NCBI GenBank assembly: GCA_035285585.1
Contig: JAYKGU010000164.1
Coordinates: 55,609-119,608 of the forward strand
Length of the DNA: 64,000 nucleotides
Direction: 5' to 3'
Source: Synechococcales cyanobacterium
GTDB taxonomy: Bacteria > Cyanobacteriota > Cyanobacteriia > CAKZMO01
The position numbers and the translations under genes were made by a program. The notes beneath the pieces were generated by a model that had not been told where the DNA came from, did not search any database, and saw nothing but the letters and a program-made list of their open reading frames with translations. This document shows, one piece after another, positions 22,651 through 32,431 of the stretch (the first letter of the stretch is position 1; every line of letters starts with the position of its first letter).

Positions 22651-22971
22651 TTAAGAGGGTTGACCAAACTGGAGCTGGTAAACCGTTTCTTCTTTTTCAG
22701 TTTCAATTTTCAGGTTGGAGCGGGGGTAGGCACTGCACAGCAACACATAGCCATCGGCCTGAAGCTCAGTGCCAATGCCAGCGGCATCGCTCTGATCTAC
22801 CTTGCCCTCGTGGATGAAGGCCGCGCAGGTGGTACAGACCCCGGCATTGCAGGAGAAGGGTAGCTCCAGCCCCTGGTCAAGGGCGACGCTGAGAATGGTG
22901 CGATCGCCCGGCACCTGAATGGAGTAGGTTTCGCCCTGATGCTGAATTTCAACTGTGTACAAATCCGCCAT
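22651..22971 (-). CDS. Plant-type [2Fe-2S] ferredoxin
   Basis: CNAGVCTTCAAFI...LLCSAYP Cys spacing (C-x4-C-x2-C...C) of plant-type ferredoxins. 106 aa with a short C-terminal extension. Confidence 0.9.
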   Translation of the reverse strand: MADLYTVEIQHQGETYSIQVPGDRTILSVALDQGLELPFSCNAGVCTTCAAFIHEGKVDQSDAAGIGTELQADGYVLLCSAYPRSNLKIETEKEETVYQLQFGQPS

Positions 22972-23052
22972 AGATGCTTGAAGGAGCCTCCATCAACAAT
23001 CGGTCAGAGATTTTGCAGTATCCTGCCGAAGACACCGAGGCCCATTCTAGCG

Positions 23053-24036
23053 CTACTCCAGCCCCAATTCGCGCTTCAGCAGGCTAATTGACTTGGAGCC
23101 GATGTAATTTTCGCAGCAAATCACTTGAGGGGCGCGGATCAGGTCTTCTCGGGCTGCCTGGATGGCGTCCTTCACCCGCTGGAAGCTGGCCTGGTCGCAG
23201 ATGATGGTTTGGGCGGCCCGCACGATGGCGTTGACCTTGTAGGGGTCATCCAGCTTGGCCGTGAGTACCAGCAGGTCTTCCCCCTTGAGGCTGTGGACGA
23301 TCACCTCGGCGGCCCGAAGAATGCCGGAGCTGAGGCTCACCAGGCCAATGGAGCTGCCCCGCGGCAGCTTATGAATAATTTGCAGCTCGTTGCTGTAGTC
23401 GTAGATATCTACCGGAATCACCCGCACCGACTTGGGAGCGGCCACCGCCTCCGCTTCGCCAATAAAGTAGCGGGTGGTGACCACGGTACCGCCCCGTGCC
23501 TGATCCAGCACATCGCTCAACTCCTCCAGGGGAACAAGCTGCACCGGGATTCGCAGGGACTGTTCCAGCTCCTGGGTGATCAGCTCACCCGCGCCGATGT
23601 CTACTTGGGGAGCCGTCACCAGCACCCGTGCGCCACACCGCAGCCGCCAGTCAATTTCTGAGAGAAACAGCTCCCGTGCCTGACTCAGGGAGCAGCCCTG
23701 ATTGAGGAGATCGTCCAGGCTCTTTTGCACCAGCTTGTGGGCTTCTGGGAATTTCTCGAACAGGGGCGAATGGGGCTTGGTGCCGCCCTCATCCCCCTGG
23801 CTGCGGACGTAGATGCCTGCCCCCGCCCGCGCGTCTACGATGCCCAAGTCTTCCAGTTGGCGGTAGACCTTGCTGATGGTGTTGCGGTGCAGCCCCGTTT
23901 GCATGGCGAGCTGGCGGGTGCTGGGTAGCCGATGCCCGGGTGGATACTGCCGTGAGGCGATCGCAAAGCGAATTTGATTAAACAGTTGGGTAGAGGCGGG
24001 AATTTCACTATCAGGTTGAATATGAAACTGAACCAT
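23053..24036 (-). CDS. GntR-family transcriptional regulator
   Basis: N-terminal winged HTH (LPSTRQLAMQTGLHRNTISKVYRQLEDLGIVDARAGAGIYV), 327 aa. It is divergent from the dienelactone hydrolase gene. Confidence 0.8.
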   Translation of the reverse strand: MVQFHIQPDSEIPASTQLFNQIRFAIASRQYPPGHRLPSTRQLAMQTGLHRNTISKVYRQLEDLGIVDARAGAGIYVRSQGDEGGTKPHSPLFEKFPEAHKLVQKSLDDLLNQGCSLSQARELFLSEIDWRLRCGARVLVTAPQVDIGAGELITQELEQSLRIPVQLVPLEELSDVLDQARGGTVVTTRYFIGEAEAVAAPKSVRVIPVDIYDYSNELQIIHKLPRGSSIGLVSLSSGILRAAEVIVHSLKGEDLLVLTAKLDDPYKVNAIVRAAQTIICDQASFQRVKDAIQAAREDLIRAPQVICCENYIGSKSISLLKRELGLE

Positions 24037-24243
24037 ATTGGACGGTCTCCAAAACGGTGGGGTATTAGATTAAGAATATTTGGAGCTTGGGCAGCCGATA
24101 TCTTCTTATAAGGCTACCGGCAATGAGGTGCAGGGAATTTCTCTCTAGTCTCCTATCCTACTCTGTTCTCCATCAATCGACACTCGCCACACTTGACGGC
24201 TGTAGGTTTCACCCATCTGGCCTATACTGCCTGTGGAAGACAA

Positions 24244-25017
24244 ATGGAGAAGGATATGGTTAACCCAACCAATCAGTCTGCAGCAATTCAAACCCAGTGG
24301 GTTGAACTGGCTGGCCCAGGCGTGGCGATCGCTGCTTACCAGGTCACTCCAACTGGAGAAGGCCGGTTTCCGGCAGTGGTGGTGCTTCAGGAAATTTTTG
24401 GGGTAAATGCCCACATTCGCGATGTGGCTGAGCGGTTTGGCAAACTGGGCTACGTGGCGATCGCCCCCGCCCTCTATCAGCGCCAGGCCCCCGGCTTTGA
24501 GACGGGCTACACCCCTGACGACATCAAAATCGGGCGCGACTACAAGGCCAACACCAAGGCCAGCGAACTCCTGGGCGATATCCAGGCCGCCATTGATCAC
24601 TTGAGGACACTGCCCAGCGTCATCCCAGACGCCATTGGCTGCATTGGCTTTTGCTTTGGCGGCCATGTGGCCTACCTGGCGGCGACCCTGGCCGACATTC
24701 GGGCAACGGCCTCCTTTTATGGGGCAGGTATCACCACCTGGTGTCCTGGGGACAACGAACCCACCGTCAACCGCACGGGCAACATCAGCGGCACCCTCTA
24801 CGCCTTCTTTGGCATGGAAGACGCCAGCATCCCCGCTGACCAGGTGGATGAAATCGCCGCTGCGTTACAAACACATCAGATTTCCCATCAGGTTTTCCGT
24901 TATCCTGGTGCTGATCACGGATTTTTCTGCGATCAGCGGAGCAGCTACAACCCAGACGCTGCCCATGATGCCTGGGAAAAGGTGCAGCAGCTATTTGAGG
25001 AGACGTTAAAGAGGTAG
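24244..25017 (+). CDS. Dienelactone hydrolase family protein
   Basis: VVVLQEIFGVN...GCIGFCFGG (nucleophile elbow) ...ADHGF, a DLH alpha/beta hydrolase fold. Start is uncertain (track ORF begins at 24193). Confidence 0.8.
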   Translation: MEKDMVNPTNQSAAIQTQWVELAGPGVAIAAYQVTPTGEGRFPAVVVLQEIFGVNAHIRDVAERFGKLGYVAIAPALYQRQAPGFETGYTPDDIKIGRDYKANTKASELLGDIQAAIDHLRTLPSVIPDAIGCIGFCFGGHVAYLAATLADIRATASFYGAGITTWCPGDNEPTVNRTGNISGTLYAFFGMEDASIPADQVDEIAAALQTHQISHQVFRYPGADHGFFCDQRSSYNPDAAHDAWEKVQQLFEETLKR

Positions 25018-25269
25018 CCGCTGCTAGAAACCGATCCGCAAACCCGCCAGGGGGTTGGCTCCTCAACATGCTGGTGAGTTTTCGGAGATGGCTCTATGGT
25101 TGCTCCCTTCCGCCTCAGCTTCAGAGTACTTAATGCTCAAAGCTCAAAGAATTGATTATATTGGGAACGTTCCCACCACCGCTGGACCCTTCGCAGATAG
25201 CCTCGCAAGTTAATTCGCTTGTGACCTCAGCGCGGAACCCAGGACAAGATTCGTTTCCAGGAGGTCGGT

Positions 25270-26151
25270 TTGTCCTTTTCGTCCGAAGATTTTGCGAAAG
25301 CGCTCGAACAGCATGACTACACCTTCGAGCGAGGGCAGGTTGTGCGTGGCAAAGTCGATAGTCACGAAGCTGATGGGGTTTATATCGATATCGGCGGCAA
25401 GGCCACGGCCTATCTCCCGAAAGATGAAGCGTCCCTCCGGCACAGTGCAGACCTATCGGAGATTTTGCCAGTCGGGGAAGAGCGGGAATTTTTGATCATT
25501 CGCGAGCAAAATTCGGATGGCCAGGTAACCCTCTCCATTCGCCAGCTTGAGATTAAGCAGCTCTGGCAGCAGTTTGAAGGCATGCGGGAAACGGGGGAAT
25601 CCCTGGATGTGCGGGTGAGCGGGGTGAATAAGGGCGGGGTGACGGTAGATGCCTACGGGCTGCGGGGGTTTGTGCCGCGATCGCACCTGGTTGAGCGAAT
25701 GGATTTAGACGGGTTGGTGGGCAGGCTGCTCACGGTTTGCCCCCTGGAAGTAGATCAGGATCGGCGGCGGCTGGTGCTCTCCCAGCGGTTGGCGCGGCAG
25801 GCCGCCAGCCTCACCCAGCTCGAAGTCGGCCAGCTCGTGGATGGCAAGGTATCAGGCATTAAGCCGTTTGGGGTGTTTGTCGATTTTGAAGGAGTGACCG
25901 GGTTGCTCCACATCAACCAGGTCAGCAAAAACTTCGTCTCATCCCTGGACACTCTATTCGAAACCGGGCAGCCGGTGAAGGCGATGATCATTGCCCTCGA
26001 CGAAGTGAAGCGGCGGGTGTCCCTCTCCACCAAAGTGCTGGAAAACTACCCTGGCGAGATGCTGGAGAATAAAGAGGCCGTGATGGCAGAGGCGGCAGAT
26101 CGAGCCACCAAAGCCCGCAATGCCCTGCAAAAGTCAGACGAACCGGAATAG
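25270..26151 (+). CDS. S1 RNA-binding domain protein (ribosomal protein S1 homologue, rps1b/nbp1-like)
   Basis: TTG start preceded by GGAGG. Three S1-like domains (GQVVRGKV, GFVPRSHL, GQLVDGKVSGIKPFGVFVDF) in about 293 aa, typical of the short cyanobacterial S1 paralogue. Confidence 0.8.
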   Translation: MSFSSEDFAKALEQHDYTFERGQVVRGKVDSHEADGVYIDIGGKATAYLPKDEASLRHSADLSEILPVGEEREFLIIREQNSDGQVTLSIRQLEIKQLWQQFEGMRETGESLDVRVSGVNKGGVTVDAYGLRGFVPRSHLVERMDLDGLVGRLLTVCPLEVDQDRRRLVLSQRLARQAASLTQLEVGQLVDGKVSGIKPFGVFVDFEGVTGLLHINQVSKNFVSSLDTLFETGQPVKAMIIALDEVKRRVSLSTKVLENYPGEMLENKEAVMAEAADRATKARNALQKSDEPE

Positions 26152-26342
26152 GCACGAGTCGGAATAGACCCGAACTGGAAAAGCCCCGAACCGGGAAAGC
26201 CCCAATCATCCGCAGACACAATTTTCATTGTGTGAGATATTACGGAGGCAGGGAAGACTGATCTCAACAGGTCTGCCCCACGGTTCGTGACAATTAGCGG
26301 AATGACCGATAGCCTTAGCGTTGACGAAGCAAGGAGCAATTC

Positions 26343-27824
26343 ATGCAAGTTCAGACGCCCGACTGGGTCAAACACGCCGTGTTTTACCAAATTTTCCCCG
26401 ACCGATTTGCGAGAACCACGGCCCATCCCAAAACCATTCCCATGCAGGTTCCCCTGGAAGACTGGCACTCCCCGCCCACGCTGCAGGGGTACAAAGGCGG
26501 CGACCTGTGGGGGGTAGCAGAAAAGCTCGACTATCTCCAGGATTTGGGCATCAATGCCGTCTATTTCACCCCCATCTTCCAGTCGGCCAGCAACCATCGC
26601 TACCACACCCACGACTATTACCAGGTTGATCCGCTACTGGGGGGCAACGACGCCCTTAAGGATCTGCTCCACGCCGCCCACCAGCGCAATATGAAGGTCG
26701 TCCTGGACGGGGTGTTTAACCATGCCAGCCGGGGGTTCTTCTACTTCAACGACATTTTAGAAAATGGGCCATTTTCCCCCTGGCTCGACTGGTTCACCAT
26801 CGAAAAGTGGCCCCTCTCCGCCTACGACGGGGCGCTGCCGGCCAACTATGTGGGCTGGGTGGGCAACCGCGCCCTGCCCCAGTTCAACCACCGCAATCCC
26901 CAGGTGCGGGAATACATCATGCAGGTGGCGGAATATTGGCTCAACATGGGCATCGATGGCTGGCGGCTGGATGTGCCCTTTGAGGTGAAGGTGCCTGATT
27001 TCTGGCAGGAGTTTCGCCAGCGGGTGAAAGCTGTTAATCCCGATGCCTACATCGTGGGTGAGATTTGGGGCGATGCCCGGCAGTGGCTGGATGGCACCCA
27101 GTTTGACGGGGTGATGAACTACCTGTTTACCGGGCCGACCATTGCCTTTACGGCGGGCGATCGCGTCAAGTTGGAATACGTGGAAGGGCCAGAGTACTTC
27201 CCCTACCCGCCCCTCGACGCCGCCGGTTATGCCGCTAAAATCGACGCCCTGCTCCAGCTCTATCCCTGGGAAATTCACCTGACCCAGTTAAACATTCTCT
27301 CCAGCCACGACACGGCCCGCATGTTCTCCGTGGTGGGCGGCGAATCGCCGGATGCCCCGGCGGTGGGGGAAGCTCGCAACAGCGCCAAGCTGGCCACCCT
27401 GCTGCAGATGACCTTCCCCGGTGCACCCAGCATTTACTATGGGGATGAAGTCGGCCTGCCGGGGGCGCTCGATCCCGACAGTCGGCGGGCGTTTCCCGAC
27501 GAAGCCGACTGGGATCAGGATATGCTGCACTACCACAAGGATCTGATCGCCCTGCGCCATGCCCATGCGGCCCTGCGAACCGGAGCTTATCAGACTCTCC
27601 TGGCCGAGGGTATGACTTACGTTTTTGCGCGATCGCTGCCGGAAGAGACGCTGATTGTGGCGGTGAATGCGGGCACCGAGTCCGCCACCGTGACCGTTGA
27701 GCTGAAGGACGCCCTGCCCTCCCGCCCCGATCGCCTGCTGTATGGCCCCGGAGACGCAGAGTGGCAGGGCGATCGCCTGGTGCTTACCATTCCTCGCCGT
27801 TCAGGTTTTGTCTTAGGAGCCTAA
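26343..27824 (+). CDS. Glycoside hydrolase family 13 (alpha-amylase / neopullulanase / cyclomaltodextrinase-like)
   Basis: GH13 conserved regions are present (DGVFNHAS, GWRLDV, EIWGD, SHDTAR), along with the N-terminal HAVFYQIFPDRF. Confidence 0.88.
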   Translation: MQVQTPDWVKHAVFYQIFPDRFARTTAHPKTIPMQVPLEDWHSPPTLQGYKGGDLWGVAEKLDYLQDLGINAVYFTPIFQSASNHRYHTHDYYQVDPLLGGNDALKDLLHAAHQRNMKVVLDGVFNHASRGFFYFNDILENGPFSPWLDWFTIEKWPLSAYDGALPANYVGWVGNRALPQFNHRNPQVREYIMQVAEYWLNMGIDGWRLDVPFEVKVPDFWQEFRQRVKAVNPDAYIVGEIWGDARQWLDGTQFDGVMNYLFTGPTIAFTAGDRVKLEYVEGPEYFPYPPLDAAGYAAKIDALLQLYPWEIHLTQLNILSSHDTARMFSVVGGESPDAPAVGEARNSAKLATLLQMTFPGAPSIYYGDEVGLPGALDPDSRRAFPDEADWDQDMLHYHKDLIALRHAHAALRTGAYQTLLAEGMTYVFARSLPEETLIVAVNAGTESATVTVELKDALPSRPDRLLYGPGDAEWQGDRLVLTIPRRSGFVLGA

Positions 27825-27826
27825 GC

Positions 27827-28606
27827 TTGCTGCGTTCTCGACTGCGAACTGTTCTGGAGGGCGTTGAATATCCCATCGGGCGAGTTGCTAATCTGGCGAT
27901 CGCCGCCCTGGTGCTGCTCTCCTCCGTCATTTTTGTAGCCACCACCTACCCCCTGCCGCCGCAGGTTCGCACCATTCTTGACGGAATCAACACCGCCATC
28001 CTGCTGATCTTTTCGGTGGAGTATCTGCTGCGGCTCTGGTGTGCTGAAGATCGGCAGCGCTATTTCCTCAGCCTCTATTCCCTGATTGATCTGGTGGCGA
28101 TCGCCCCCTTTTTTCTGGGCCAGTTCGATGTCAGCTTTATTCTCATCTTTCGCTGGTTTCGCATCCTCCGTCTGCTGCGCTACATTGAGGGGCGCACTAT
28201 CCTGGGCTATGTGAGCAGCGAAGACAGCGTCATTCTGGCGCGAATTTTGTTTACGCTGCTGACCATTGTATTCGTCTATTCGGGGCTGATTTACCAGGTG
28301 GAACACGCGGTCAATCCCCAGGCCTTTCGCACGCTGCTGGACGCCTTTTACTTCGCGGTGGCCACCATGACCACGGTGGGGTTTGGTGACATCACGCCCA
28401 CCTCCGAGGTGGGCCGACTGCTCACCATTCTCATGATTTGGACGGGGATCGCCCTGATTCCCTGGCAGGTGGGCGAGTTAATTAAGCAAATCCTCAAAAC
28501 TGCCCGCAAGGTGGAAAAGCCCTGCCCCGGCTGTGGCACGGAGTTTCATGATGCCGACGCGGTGTTCTGCCGTGCCTGTGGTGCCGCCCTCACCGCTAAA
28601 GAATAA
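27827..28606 (+). CDS. Potassium channel (ion-transport-2 / 2TM-type) with a C-terminal zinc-ribbon
   Basis: TVGFGD selectivity filter and flanking TM helices. C-terminal CPGCG...CRAC zinc-ribbon. TTG start at 27827 is preferred because the ATG at 27761 would overlap the upstream gene by 64 bp. Confidence 0.75.
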   Translation: MLRSRLRTVLEGVEYPIGRVANLAIAALVLLSSVIFVATTYPLPPQVRTILDGINTAILLIFSVEYLLRLWCAEDRQRYFLSLYSLIDLVAIAPFFLGQFDVSFILIFRWFRILRLLRYIEGRTILGYVSSEDSVILARILFTLLTIVFVYSGLIYQVEHAVNPQAFRTLLDAFYFAVATMTTVGFGDITPTSEVGRLLTILMIWTGIALIPWQVGELIKQILKTARKVEKPCPGCGTEFHDADAVFCRACGAALTAKE

Positions 28607-28656
28607 GCACTTTTTGGGAAAGGTTTTACCATTTGCCGGGGCCGCATAGCATTAGT

Positions 28657-28733
28657 CCGCAGATTGCGCAGATTTCGCAGATGAATAGCGTTCCTGCCGA
28701 TTCCCAATCTGCGTCCATCTGCGTCATCTGCGG
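28657..28733. repeat. Inverted array of GCAGAT hexamers (3 + 3) between convergent genes
   Basis: CCGCAGATTGCGCAGATTTCGCAGATG ... CAATCTGCGTCCATCTGCGTCATCTGCGG, an imperfect 27-bp inverted repeat built from three spaced GCAGAT/ATCTGC units. Confidence 0.6.
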
Positions 28734-28762
28734 ATAAGCAACACACCGCCACAGTCAAATCT

Positions 28763-30841
28763 TCAGGCGATCGCCTGACGCTCTTGCTGCCGCATTTGGA
28801 TTTGTTCGATGCTGCCCACAGGGATGGAGGCAATCAGCTCCTGGGTGTACTCGGATTGTGGATTCTGGTAAATTTGCTCGGCGTCACCGATTTCCTCAAT
28901 CTTGCCGCGATTCATAACCATGATGCGATCGCTCATAAACTTAACTACCGCCAGGTCGTGGGAAATAAAGATGTAGGTGAGGCCAAACTCGCTCTGCAGG
29001 CCCTTCAGCAGGTTCAGCACCTGGGCCTGCACCGACACATCCAGGGCCGACACCGACTCGTCACAGATGATGAACTTAGGGTTGAGGGCCAGGGCGCGGG
29101 CGATGCAAATCCGCTGGCGCTGCCCGCCGGAAAATTCGTGGGGGTAGCGATCAATACACTTAGGGTTTAAGCCGACCCGGTCGAGCAGTTCGGCGGCCCG
29201 GATGCGCTGCTGCCGCTGACTGCCACCGACGCCATGAATCCGCATCGGCTCCATCACCGCTTCCCCAATGGTCATGCGAGGATCGAGGGAGCTGAACGGA
29301 TCCTGAAAGATAATTTGCATCTCCCGACGCAGTTGCCGGAGCTGCTTGGCTCCCAGCCGAGCTGCATTTTGAGCCACCCGGGAGGTGTCCCCTTTTCGCA
29401 AAATTCGCGGCCAGAATGATCCGGTTTCCATGCGAACAACATCGCGCCCGTCAAAGGTAATCTGACCGCTGATGGGCTGGATGAGGCGCAGCAGCGTACA
29501 GGCCAGGGTACTTTTGCCGCACCCCGACTCGCCCACCAGCCCCAGGGTTTCGCCAGGGTACACCTCAAACGAGACGCCATTGACCGCCATCAGGTAGCGC
29601 TGGGTACGCCCAAAGTTGCCCCGAACGCGAAACCCAACGTGGAGCGATCGCACCGCGAGAATGGGGGGCTGCTGGGTCAGTTCGTGCAGCCGTTTCTGGG
29701 CACTGTCGTCGGGCACCTGGATCTCAAGGTCAGGGTCTGGGCAGAGGTCAGGTGACTTTTCGCGGATGGTGATGCTGCCGTCCCTGGTGGTGGTCACCTC
29801 CATAAAGTCGGACACCGTGGGCAGACAGCGCAACCGCTGATCGGGGCGGGGGCGGCAGGCGAGTAGCCCTTTGGTGTAGGGGTGCTGGGGATTGGCGAAG
29901 ATATCGAGCACCGAGCCATGCTCGACGATTTTGCCCTGATACATGACGGCGACGGTGTCGGCGATGTCGGCAATGATGCTCAAATCGTGGGTGATAAAAA
30001 TCATGGCCATGCCCCGGCGATCGCGCAATTCTCGCAGCAAGTCGAGAATTTTGGCCTGCACGGTTACGTCCAGAGCAGTCGTTGGCTCATCGGCAATCAG
30101 CACCGAGGGATTACTGGCGATCGCCATGGCAATCATCACCCGCTGAATCTGGCCCCCCGACAGCTCGTGGGGATAGCGGTCAAGCATGGCGCGCTTGCGG
30201 TCATTGACATAGGCCTGCACTTCGGGGGTGGAGGGAGCCGCAAAGCCAGACCCGTTGGCCGATGCTCGCTCGGCTTGGGAGCGGGGCGATCGCGCCGACC
30301 CAATCAAATGTCGTTCTTGAAGTTGATCCAGATATTCTTGCTGCAATTCTTCGTCGCTGGGCAGCAGCTTCACCTCCTGCAGCAGACTGGCCGCCCGCCG
30401 CCGGGCCTCGGGTTTGGAAAGCGGCTCATGCTGGCACAGGGCTTCTACTAACTGAAACCCACAGGTATAGACGGGATTCAGGGAACTCATCGGCTCTTGA
30501 AAGATCATGGCGATGGTGCCGCCACGATGGTGCTGCATGTCCTGGGGCGGCAGTGCCAGTAAATCTACTGGTGCTGCTGGTGAGGCAGTGTGGCCATTGC
30601 TGCCGCTAGCGTGCTCTCCGTTCAGCCAGATTTCTCCCCCAGAGATCTGTCCGGGAGGACTGGGCACCAGCCCCATGATGGCAAGGGCGGTCACGGATTT
30701 ACCGGAACCCGATTCACCGACAATACCGAGGGTTTGTCCTCGCTTCACCTCAAAGGAGATGCCATCAACTGCTTGAATGACGCGATCGCGCTTCTGAAAC
30801 TGAATCTGGAGGCCACGAACGTCGAGGATAGTATCAGTCAT
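28763..30841 (-). CDS. ABC transporter ATP-binding protein, fused double ATPase (Dpp/Opp/Nik-type)
   Basis: Two complete ABC cassettes (Walker A GESGSGKS and GESGCGKS, two LSGGQ signatures, Walker B/D-loops) in 692 aa. No permease or substrate-binding gene is adjacent. Confidence 0.88.
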   Translation of the reverse strand: MTDTILDVRGLQIQFQKRDRVIQAVDGISFEVKRGQTLGIVGESGSGKSVTALAIMGLVPSPPGQISGGEIWLNGEHASGSNGHTASPAAPVDLLALPPQDMQHHRGGTIAMIFQEPMSSLNPVYTCGFQLVEALCQHEPLSKPEARRRAASLLQEVKLLPSDEELQQEYLDQLQERHLIGSARSPRSQAERASANGSGFAAPSTPEVQAYVNDRKRAMLDRYPHELSGGQIQRVMIAMAIASNPSVLIADEPTTALDVTVQAKILDLLRELRDRRGMAMIFITHDLSIIADIADTVAVMYQGKIVEHGSVLDIFANPQHPYTKGLLACRPRPDQRLRCLPTVSDFMEVTTTRDGSITIREKSPDLCPDPDLEIQVPDDSAQKRLHELTQQPPILAVRSLHVGFRVRGNFGRTQRYLMAVNGVSFEVYPGETLGLVGESGCGKSTLACTLLRLIQPISGQITFDGRDVVRMETGSFWPRILRKGDTSRVAQNAARLGAKQLRQLRREMQIIFQDPFSSLDPRMTIGEAVMEPMRIHGVGGSQRQQRIRAAELLDRVGLNPKCIDRYPHEFSGGQRQRICIARALALNPKFIICDESVSALDVSVQAQVLNLLKGLQSEFGLTYIFISHDLAVVKFMSDRIMVMNRGKIEEIGDAEQIYQNPQSEYTQELIASIPVGSIEQIQMRQQERQAIA

Positions 30842-30964
30842 GAACCGACGGTAGAAAGGGCAAGAGGTGCTATATTAGACGGATTTTAACAGCACATTCG
30901 CTTGTAAGGAACATTGTGTAAATCCCGGTAAACTAGCCATTGGAACAGCGACCGAGACAGCGGG

Positions 30965-31654
30965 ATGACAGATTATACACAGAGGTTGCGATCGCTCATG
31001 GAGCAGGCCAACCTTCCTAGCTTTATGGAACTGGGCCGACGGGCTGAGGTGACCGAATGGCAAATCAACCAACTGCGGCAGGGAAAGGTTGAGCAGATGC
31101 GGCTGATGCCGCTGCTGAAGATTAGCGCTGCCCTGCAGGTGTCCCTGGGCGAATTGATGCAAACGTTTTCCCACAGCCCACCGTCGGAGATCGCCTTAAT
31201 TCGCTCCAGCTTAGCCGATGCAGATCCAGATCGGGCAACCCCGGCTCCTGCCGCCGATCCTTCCCTGGAACTGGACACCCTGCGGGAGGAATATCAGCGC
31301 CTCCAGGCTCGGTGCGATCGCCAGCGAGAGGAAGCCTGGGCCGACTTTCAGCAACAGGCCCTGCAAACCCTCGAATCCTGGTTACTCTACTGGCCCACCG
31401 CCGTTCAGAAAGCACAGACCAACCCCCAGATGGCAGCGGCACAACTGGTGCCCCTGGTGCGCCCTGTGGAAAAGCTGCTTCAAGAATGGCAGGTGGAGGC
31501 GATCGCCACCGTTGACGATGAAGTGGCCTACGATCCCACCCTCCATCAACTCCTGGAGGGCACGGCCCAGCCGGGGGAGCGGGTGCGGGTGCGGTATGTG
31601 GGTTATCGACAGGGCGATCGCCTGCTGCATCGGGCCAGGGTGAGTCGGGTTTAG
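30965..31654 (+). CDS. HTH (XRE-like) domain protein with a C-terminal GrpE-like domain
   Basis: N-terminus resembles Cro/C1-type HTH (LGRRAEVTEWQINQLRQGK..ISAALQVSLGEL). The C-terminal 70 aa aligns with the GrpE beta-domain end (LVPLVRPVEKLL..VEAIATVDDEVAYDPTLHQLL...GYRQGDRLLHRARVSRV versus E. coli GrpE ...[20 protein letters not shown]...GYTLNGRTIRAAMVTV). Confidence 0.6.
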   Translation: MTDYTQRLRSLMEQANLPSFMELGRRAEVTEWQINQLRQGKVEQMRLMPLLKISAALQVSLGELMQTFSHSPPSEIALIRSSLADADPDRATPAPAADPSLELDTLREEYQRLQARCDRQREEAWADFQQQALQTLESWLLYWPTAVQKAQTNPQMAAAQLVPLVRPVEKLLQEWQVEAIATVDDEVAYDPTLHQLLEGTAQPGERVRVRYVGYRQGDRLLHRARVSRV

Positions 31655-31655
31655 G

Positions 31656-31696
31656 GGATTTTGGATTTTAGGTTTTGGATTTTAGATTTTGGATTG
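31656..31696. repeat. STRR-like heptanucleotide tandem repeat (TGGATTT/GGATTTT, about 6 units)
   Basis: GGGATTT TGGATTT TAGGTTT TGGATTT TAGATTT TGGATTG. The same heptamer family occurs at 45796-45836 and 48786-48992. Confidence 0.8.
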
Positions 31697-31824
31697 CTGT
31701 TGGGGAGGCTTTTACTCTGACGGGGGTAACCCTCCCAGGTCTGGGATTTGGGCCAGTTCAGGTATGATTTGGTAACGATTCATTTGCGTCACAAAATCAA
31801 CCATTCAAACAAAGGGGACTGTAG

Positions 31825-32220
31825 ATGGTGTCCAGTGCCATGACGAAGGGTCAGCTAGAGCGGGAGCTGTCGCAGCGCATTCAGGCGCTTTATCGTGAAG
31901 AGCTGGAGCATCGGCCCAGCAAAGTTACCTGCCAAATCCTGGACCGGGAAGTGGCGGTCATTATGGAAGATGCCATCACCCAGGCTGAGCAGCTTTTAGC
32001 ACGGGAGGGCCGGGAGCAGCTTGCGGAGGAGGTGCGATCAGACCTGAGCGAGGTGATCCGGCCCAAAATTACTGAGATTATTCAAGAAATTCTGCAGGTC
32101 GAGGTGATTGACTTTCTGTCGGATGCGACCCTGACCACTGGACGCAGCGGCTTTATTGCTGTGTTATCAGACAGGCCGAAGTTTCGTGAGTCGAAGTCGT
32201 CCAAGCGACAGTCGCCTTAG
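31825..32220 (+). CDS. Conserved hypothetical protein (DUF2294-like), paralogue A
   Basis: 131 aa, paralogous to 32432..32818 (shared ...YREELEHRPSKVTCQILD.. / ...YEHHLNHQPHPITCQILD.. and ...ILQV.VID.L.D...TRR.G). Confidence 0.6.
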   Translation: MVSSAMTKGQLERELSQRIQALYREELEHRPSKVTCQILDREVAVIMEDAITQAEQLLAREGREQLAEEVRSDLSEVIRPKITEIIQEILQVEVIDFLSDATLTTGRSGFIAVLSDRPKFRESKSSKRQSP

Positions 32221-32261
32221 AAGCTTCTCAAAAGTCTTCAAAGACCCGATCCGAAGATCCT

Positions 32262-32430
32262 GTTAGAGCATGTCTGAAAAGTCATCTTTGAAGTAACAAA
32301 GGGCACCCGATTCCCCTGAATCCCCCTTAGAAAAAGGGACTTTGACTCCGGATCCCCCCTTATTCAAAGGAGGGCCAGGGGGGGCATTAGGTGCTCAGAA
32401 TTACAGCTAGCCACTTTTCAAACATGCTCT
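32262..32430. mobile_element. Small MITE-like element (18-bp terminal inverted repeats, about 170 bp) between the DUF2294-like paralogues
   Basis: AGAGCATGTCTGAAAAGT ... ACTTTTCAAACATGCTCT (17/18 match). The interior is a C/G-tract-rich non-coding sequence. The right arm abuts the start codon of the downstream gene. Confidence 0.45.
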
Positions 32431-32431
32431 T

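Noticed and set aside
27761-27826. ATG start for the K+ channel at 27761
   Set aside because: It would overlap the GH13 gene by 64 bp. An in-frame TTG at 27827 immediately after the GH13 stop is more plausible. Not proven.
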